Virus record (IMG/VR): IMGVR_UViG_3300025821_000030
Coordinates: 1 to 28,564 of that record
Length of the DNA stretch: 28,564 nt
Source of the DNA: a virus
Lineage: Duplodnaviria > Caudoviricetes
Direction: 5' to 3' (one strand)
The position numbers and the translations under genes were made by a program. The notes beneath the pieces were generated by a model that saw nothing but the letters and a program-made list of their open reading frames with translations, ran no database searches and was not told where the DNA came from. Below are positions 24,605 to 28,564 of this stretch, one piece after another (within the stretch, counting starts at the first letter, position 1; every line of letters begins with the position of its first letter).

Positions 24605-26581
24605 TTATTTCTTTTTAGTTGGATATGCACCTTGATTTGGCATATTTACTGGAGCAATTTGTGCCTCTTTCCATCCCCTTGGAGAAGGTTTGTAACTCTT
24701 AGGTATTGTTGTTGCTCTTTTGTATTTGTCAAAATCATCAGTTTTCTCTGTGTTCTTTTTAAGCCTATATAGCTGCTCTTTCCAAGCGTGTCGACAATAG
24801 ATACCACCTTTGAATTTAAAGAGGTTATAAGGCTTCCCTTTGTGTCCTAGTCGCTTGTTTACACCTTTGTCTGATGCTTTGTCAATGTCTTCAATTCTGT
24901 AAATGATTCCTTGCCCTGCTAACTTCATCATATTTGAGCAAAACAATCTAGATTCATTTCCGCTTTTCATTGCCTTCTTAGATTTCTTAAAATACTTGTA
25001 TCGTATTTTGTAAAGGTTTTTATCTAAGACAGAAAACACTTTTGGCTTACCTGTAATTTGATCTGCAAACTTTTGAAGTTTTGATTTACTTGGTTGAATT
25101 AATTGAGTTGCCCACTCTTCAAGATTCTCACCTTCATATTCTCTTTCATCTACTAGTTCCCATTCATCTGTGATAACCTCACCTTCCAATTCAGCAAGTA
25201 TCTCATCACCCATTTCATCAGTTAGTTCGGGAATTTCTTCACTTGCTTTATCGTGTGTCTCACAAGCCATAAACCATTCTTTGTCACCTTCCATGTGGGT
25301 GTGATATCCTTCACATCCTAATTTTTCTGCTTCTGCAATGGCTTCTTCTTTAGTCTCAAATACAGTTTGCCCATCAATCTCTTTTAAACTAATCTTTGAC
25401 ATCTGCACACCTGTTTCTTCTTCAATGTCTTCTTGGCTTTGTATTGTTGTGTCAACCTCTGTAAATTCTAATGGTTGCAAAGTCACAAAATAAAGATTTA
25501 AAGCAATGTCATTGTAGGCTAGTATTTGATCAAATGAATCAATTAAAAGTTCTTGAAACGGACGTATTACTGTGTTGTCCATCAATAAACTTGCAGTCTT
25601 TATTTCTTCAGCGTTATTGCCTAAACCCGAATTATCTTTTATTCCTAATAACATAGGTGAAACAACCCTATGCGCTACCATTATTTTTTGTGTAGCCTCT
25701 GTGGAAAGGAATTGATACTGATTGTGTGCATCGCTTAACTGAACAGGAGTAATGTCTGCTTTTGATTCTGCATTATCATTGAATGCAAGGATGAATTTAC
25801 CTGCGTTTGATGTCCCACTAAACTTAGATGCAATTTTGTTTTCTAATAATTGCCTTTCTTCTTGATTAGGTGTGCCGTTATTAAAGTTAATGAGCATGGA
25901 AGGTGCTAACCCATTCATTATATTATTAATGTGATAGTTAGAAATCTCTTCTTCTAACTCACAATATTGCAAACCACCTTGATAATCTACTGGCGAATAA
26001 TAATAGAAACCTGCTTTGTATGGTTTAATATATAAAATCTCAATATCCTCTTTTGACATCCCAAATGCCGGGATTCTTAAAGGTGTATCACTTGGTTTTA
26101 TGTTTGTCCAATCCTTAAAATAATAATAAGCAGAAACTTCACCTTCTTCATTTGCCTTTTCTGCCCTTAAAGTTTCTATTGGAAAGTGTTCTACTTTGAC
26201 AATCTTCTTTCTGTCTTTAGAATAGATTATTTGAGCAGCACATTGTCCCATTAATTTTAAATCGTAGGACAATTTTCTAACACAATCCTTCCCAAACATT
26301 GAAATCATTTGGGCATATTGATCGGGTTTTTTATTGGCATCTGTTGCGTTTAATCCTTTGCCATAAATTGCTTGGCTTATGCCATTAATAGCAGCGTTGT
26401 TTGTGGCTGATCCATTATATCTATCAATTAAGAATTGAAAGTAATTATTATCAGCACCATATTCTACCCAATCTTTGTTTTTTACCTCTTTTACTTCGGG
26501 TGAAGTGTAGGTGCTTAAATTAACAAACCCAATACTTGGTTGTTTTGTTACACCTTTTGGTAAACTCTTTTGTCTTTTCAT
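24605..26581 (-). CDS. Portal protein with C-terminal extension domains
   Basis: WVEYGADNNY, SATNNAAING, YYSPVDY, NGLAPSMLINF, IMVAHRVVSPMLLGI and IRPFQ motifs; extra GC.GYHTH...C..H and KGG..CRH.W domains. Confidence 0.8.
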   Translation of the reverse strand: MKRQKSLPKGVTKQPSIGFVNLSTYTSPEVKEVKNKDWVEYGADNNYFQFLIDRYNGSATNNAAINGISQAIYGKGLNATDANKKPDQYAQMISMFGKDCVRKLSYDLKLMGQCAAQIIYSKDRKKIVKVEHFPIETLRAEKANEEGEVSAYYYFKDWTNIKPSDTPLRIPAFGMSKEDIEILYIKPYKAGFYYYSPVDYQGGLQYCELEEEISNYHINNIMNGLAPSMLINFNNGTPNQEERQLLENKIASKFSGTSNAGKFILAFNDNAESKADITPVQLSDAHNQYQFLSTEATQKIMVAHRVVSPMLLGIKDNSGLGNNAEEIKTASLLMDNTVIRPFQELLIDSFDQILAYNDIALNLYFVTLQPLEFTEVDTTIQSQEDIEEETGVQMSKISLKEIDGQTVFETKEEAIAEAEKLGCEGYHTHMEGDKEWFMACETHDKASEEIPELTDEMGDEILAELEGEVITDEWELVDEREYEGENLEEWATQLIQPSKSKLQKFADQITGKPKVFSVLDKNLYKIRYKYFKKSKKAMKSGNESRLFCSNMMKLAGQGIIYRIEDIDKASDKGVNKRLGHKGKPYNLFKFKGGIYCRHAWKEQLYRLKKNTEKTDDFDKYKRATTIPKSYKPSPRGWKEAQIAPVNMPNQGAYPTKKK

Positions 26582-26937
26582 ACTACGATATATTCATTGT
26601 TGTAAGAATCATCAGTTGTGTACACACCATCATTTAAGTTGTAATAATCATTATCCACTTGATTGATTGTTTGATCAGTACAAAAGATTCTATCTTTAAA
26701 AATTATGTTTGTTCCTGTGTAAAGTGTCATGTCATAGAAATGATTCTCTACTAAAATGGGTGAAAATGTGTTTTGATAAGTAACATAGTTACCCGATACA
26801 GTTGCCCCAGTGATGTTATATGTCACAGTTACATTTGTACTATCATCTCTTATGCTCATTGTGAATGCCGTTAAAGAATAATCTCTTGGTATTACTTTAA
26901 ATGTTTGTGCAGTTGCTGATGTCGTTAATACAATCAT
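26578..26937 (-). CDS. Virion structural/head completion protein (hypothetical)
   Basis: Beta-rich; probable start MIVLTTS at 26937, 7 nt after the CGTTA motif; ATGA overlap with the portal. Confidence 0.65.
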   Translation of the reverse strand: MIVLTTSATAQTFKVIPRDYSLTAFTMSIRDDSTNVTVTYNITGATVSGNYVTYQNTFSPILVENHFYDMTLYTGTNIIFKDRIFCTDQTINQVDNDYYNLNDGVYTTDDSYNNEYIVV

Positions 26938-26944
26938 ACCTATA

Positions 26945-26967
26945 TAACGCAAAAAAAATGATGTTTT
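26945..26967 (-). promoter_or_regulatory. Putative phage late promoter (AAAAC-N13-CGTTA, 7 nt before ATG)
   Basis: Third copy of the motif, with identical spacing. Confidence 0.7.
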
Positions 26968-26970
26968 GTT

Positions 26971-27132
26971 TTAAGAACCACACCCAACACAATCAATTTC
27001 TGTATTAATAGGCTTACAACCATTTGCCTTCATTTTTAAATTATGTATTTTGTCTTTTATTTCCATATCTGAGAACATATTTCCTGTTAATTGTGATTCT
27101 AAAGTTTTGATTTGATTGTGTATCTCTTGCAT
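26971..27132 (-). CDS. 53-aa protein with C-terminal CxxCGS (not in ORF track)
   Basis: MQEIHNQIKTLESQLTGNMFSDMEIKDKIHNLKMKANGCKPINTEIDCVGCGS; sits alone between a terminator and a late-promoter motif. Confidence 0.75.
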   Translation of the reverse strand: MQEIHNQIKTLESQLTGNMFSDMEIKDKIHNLKMKANGCKPINTEIDCVGCGS

Positions 27133-27172
27133 TGATGTATAATTTGAAGGTTAAAAAATGTAAAAATAAGAC

Positions 27173-27205
27173 AAAAAAAAAGCACCCCCTAAAAAGAGAT
27201 GCTTT
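27173..27205 (-). terminator. Rho-independent terminator after the major tail gene
   Basis: AAAGCATCTCT-TTTT-AGGGGGTGCTTT followed by a T-tract. Confidence 0.8.
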
Positions 27206-27225
27206 CACTAGAAGAAAATAAATAA

Positions 27226-27765
27226 TTAAGGTGTTACTGCAGCCGTAGGATCAATTTTTGTTCCTTGTGTTGCTCCAGTTACTAAAGCAGGTGTGATAAA
27301 TGTAGCAGGATCAACTTCTTGTCCTACCAATGTCATTGTGAAACCACTTAGATCACCGGGTTGAGTGCCAGTGCCAATAGTCCCCCCACTCAATTCCATT
27401 CCATTTTCTAATCCTGCAATGAACATATTTCCATAATAATCTTCAACCGCTACACTAGGACGTCCCCAAGCAATCAATTTGATTTGCTCTTGTGTTGGTG
27501 CATCTAAGTAAGTTAAAGTTAAACTAAGTGTTTGCTCATAGAATGTTGTTCCTGTTTCCCTAGAACTGTTTATGGCAGTTTCTAGTGATGATGTGTTTTT
27601 TACATCATATTCATATACTGTTGGAGTACCTGCTATTGCAGTAATTACACCATCTGTATACGTTAATGCACCAAGTGCATCTAAGTCAAAAAAGTAAGCA
27701 GCCTTTATGCCTCCATATCCTGCCTTACATGGGAGTACTCTTCCCGAAGTTACGTTACAAGCCAT
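27226..27765 (-). CDS. Major tail (tube) protein
   Basis: MAC....GR..PCK...GGIK, SRETGTTFYEQTL and GDLSGFTMTL motifs; 179 aa following the capsid gene. Confidence 0.7.
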   Translation of the reverse strand: MACNVTSGRVLPCKAGYGGIKAAYFFDLDALGALTYTDGVITAIAGTPTVYEYDVKNTSSLETAINSSRETGTTFYEQTLSLTLTYLDAPTQEQIKLIAWGRPSVAVEDYYGNMFIAGLENGMELSGGTIGTGTQPGDLSGFTMTLVGQEVDPATFITPALVTGATQGTKIDPTAAVTP

Positions 27766-27779
27766 ATTTTTTATATTTT

Positions 27780-27817
27780 AAAAAAAAAGGGTAGATAGAC
27801 ATACCCACCTACCCCTT
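27780..27817 (-). terminator. Rho-independent terminator after the major capsid gene
   Basis: GGGTAGGTGGG-TATG-TCTATCTACCC followed by T9. Confidence 0.8.
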
Positions 27818-27836
27818 TCTTATGGTTTAAAATTTA

Positions 27837-28564
27837 TTAAGAGTAAAGAACGATGTCAGAACCAATTCCGTACTGAACAGATGCCGCAAATCTCATGATT
27901 AAACGAACATTCTGTGAGCCATCCAAATCTCTCATATCTAATAACTTAACTTCGTTCTGATCGCTAAGTAAAGAAGTACCAAAGTACAAGTTTGATTTCT
28001 CAGCAGCTACCGCAGTGTTATTTGCTAATCCATTAGCAACAAACAAAGGAATACCACCGAAAGATAAAGGTGCGCCATTCTGATACCACAATGCTCCTCT
28101 GTTGTCAATACCACTTCCCAATGCACCCATTGCACCAACATAAGCCTTGGCAATGTTTTGTGATACATAGATATGTAAATCTTCCTTGCCGAACAAAGTA
28201 GCAGGAATAGCATCAACTATTTTCTGCATTTCTGTAACTACGTTTCCAACAACAACTGCACCTGCAACTACATCAATTACATCAGCATCAGCCGTCATAA
28301 GAGTTGTAAATCCGTCAAATTCACCTGCGTTTGCGTTTACTCCACTCCAAATGTTAGATTCTGTTTTAGCAGCTACCTCAGCAGCAAATTGTCCAATAAT
28401 AAAATCAGAAAACTTGGGAGGTAATTGATCAAAAGCAGAGTATCCCATTTGAGCAGCCTCCCAATCAGATTGGAAAGGTGTGAGACACATTTCTTGATTT
28501 ACTTGAAAATATTCGGGTTGAATAATTCTTTCAGTTAATGTAACTGATCCTGCGCTTGTGAAAT
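27837..28564 (-). CDS. Major capsid protein, 3' part (start lies beyond the window)
   Basis: Frame is open to the window edge (FTSAGSVTLTERIIQPEYFQVNQEMC...); E..IW.G...GEFDGF, NLYFGT.LLSD and DGSQNVR..MRF motifs; strong terminator follows. Confidence 0.8.
   Translation of the reverse strand, partial: FTSAGSVTLTERIIQPEYFQVNQEMCLTPFQSDWEAAQMGYSAFDQLPPKFSDFIIGQFAAEVAAKTESNIWSGVNANAGEFDGFTTLMTADADVIDVVAGAVVVGNVVTEMQKIVDAIPATLFGKEDLHIYVSQNIAKAYVGAMGALGSGIDNRGALWYQNGAPLSFGGIPLFVANGLANNTAVAAEKSNLYFGTSLLSDQNEVKLLDMRDLDGSQNVRLIMRFAASVQYGIGSDIVLYS

Larger units (their letters stand above)
1..28564 (-). mobile_element. Tailed dsDNA bacteriophage genome segment (siphovirus-like), probable Bacteroidota/Flavobacteriia host
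   Basis: Terminase, portal, capsid, tail tube, tape measure, tail fibre, endolysin and phage recombination genes are co-oriented; no sheath or host housekeeping genes; Bacteroidota-type TAnnTTTG promoters. Confidence 0.95.

Noticed and set aside
248-28428. Plus-strand ORFs in the track (e.g. 1582..1842, 2532..3104, 22758..23078, 28186..28428)
   Set aside because: All are antisense shadows of well-supported minus-strand genes and have no recognisable motifs.
1-28564. Stop-codon reassignment
   Set aside because: Long genes are intact in the standard code, TGA stops form regular ATGA overlaps, and gaps are explained by small ORFs or regulatory elements.
1-28564. Lysogeny module, tRNA genes or IS elements
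   Set aside because: No integrase, repressor, transposase or cloverleaf recognised in this window; they cannot be excluded outside it.

Overview
This window is a large part of an AT-rich, dsDNA tailed (siphovirus-like) phage genome; essentially all genes are on the minus strand. Repeated TAnnTTTG promoter boxes and A-rich starts without Shine-Dalgarno sites point to a Bacteroidota (probably Flavobacteriia) host. In transcription order (right to left): major capsid (partial), major tail, portal, adaptor, chaperone-bearing tail fibre, lysis genes, a non-coding control region around a NinG-like gene, early/replication genes (ERF, SSB, AAA helicase-like ATPase, sigma-like factor, 5'-3' exonuclease), ParB-methyltransferase, terminase, a small moron cassette, tail genes with tape measure, and an XkdF-like prohead protease. 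No integrase, tRNA or CRISPR was seen. Most interesting signals: (1) an exactly spaced AAAAY-N13-CGTTA-N7-ATG motif before three structural gene blocks, suggesting phage-sigma late promoters that make leaderless mRNAs; (2) a promoter- and terminator-bounded ~70 nt non-coding unit complementary to the translation-start region of the replication ATPase; (3) DNA-level, codon-atypical 21-40 bp repeats separating tail-fibre modules; (4) a hidden -1 frameshift extension of the tail chaperone; (5) an unannotated 53-aa peptide ending in CVGCGS, like a ribonucleotide reductase redox tail; (6) strong CCAG/CCGG avoidance that relaxes only at 24.6-27.4 kb. All calls come from reading the sequence by eye; no database searches were run.
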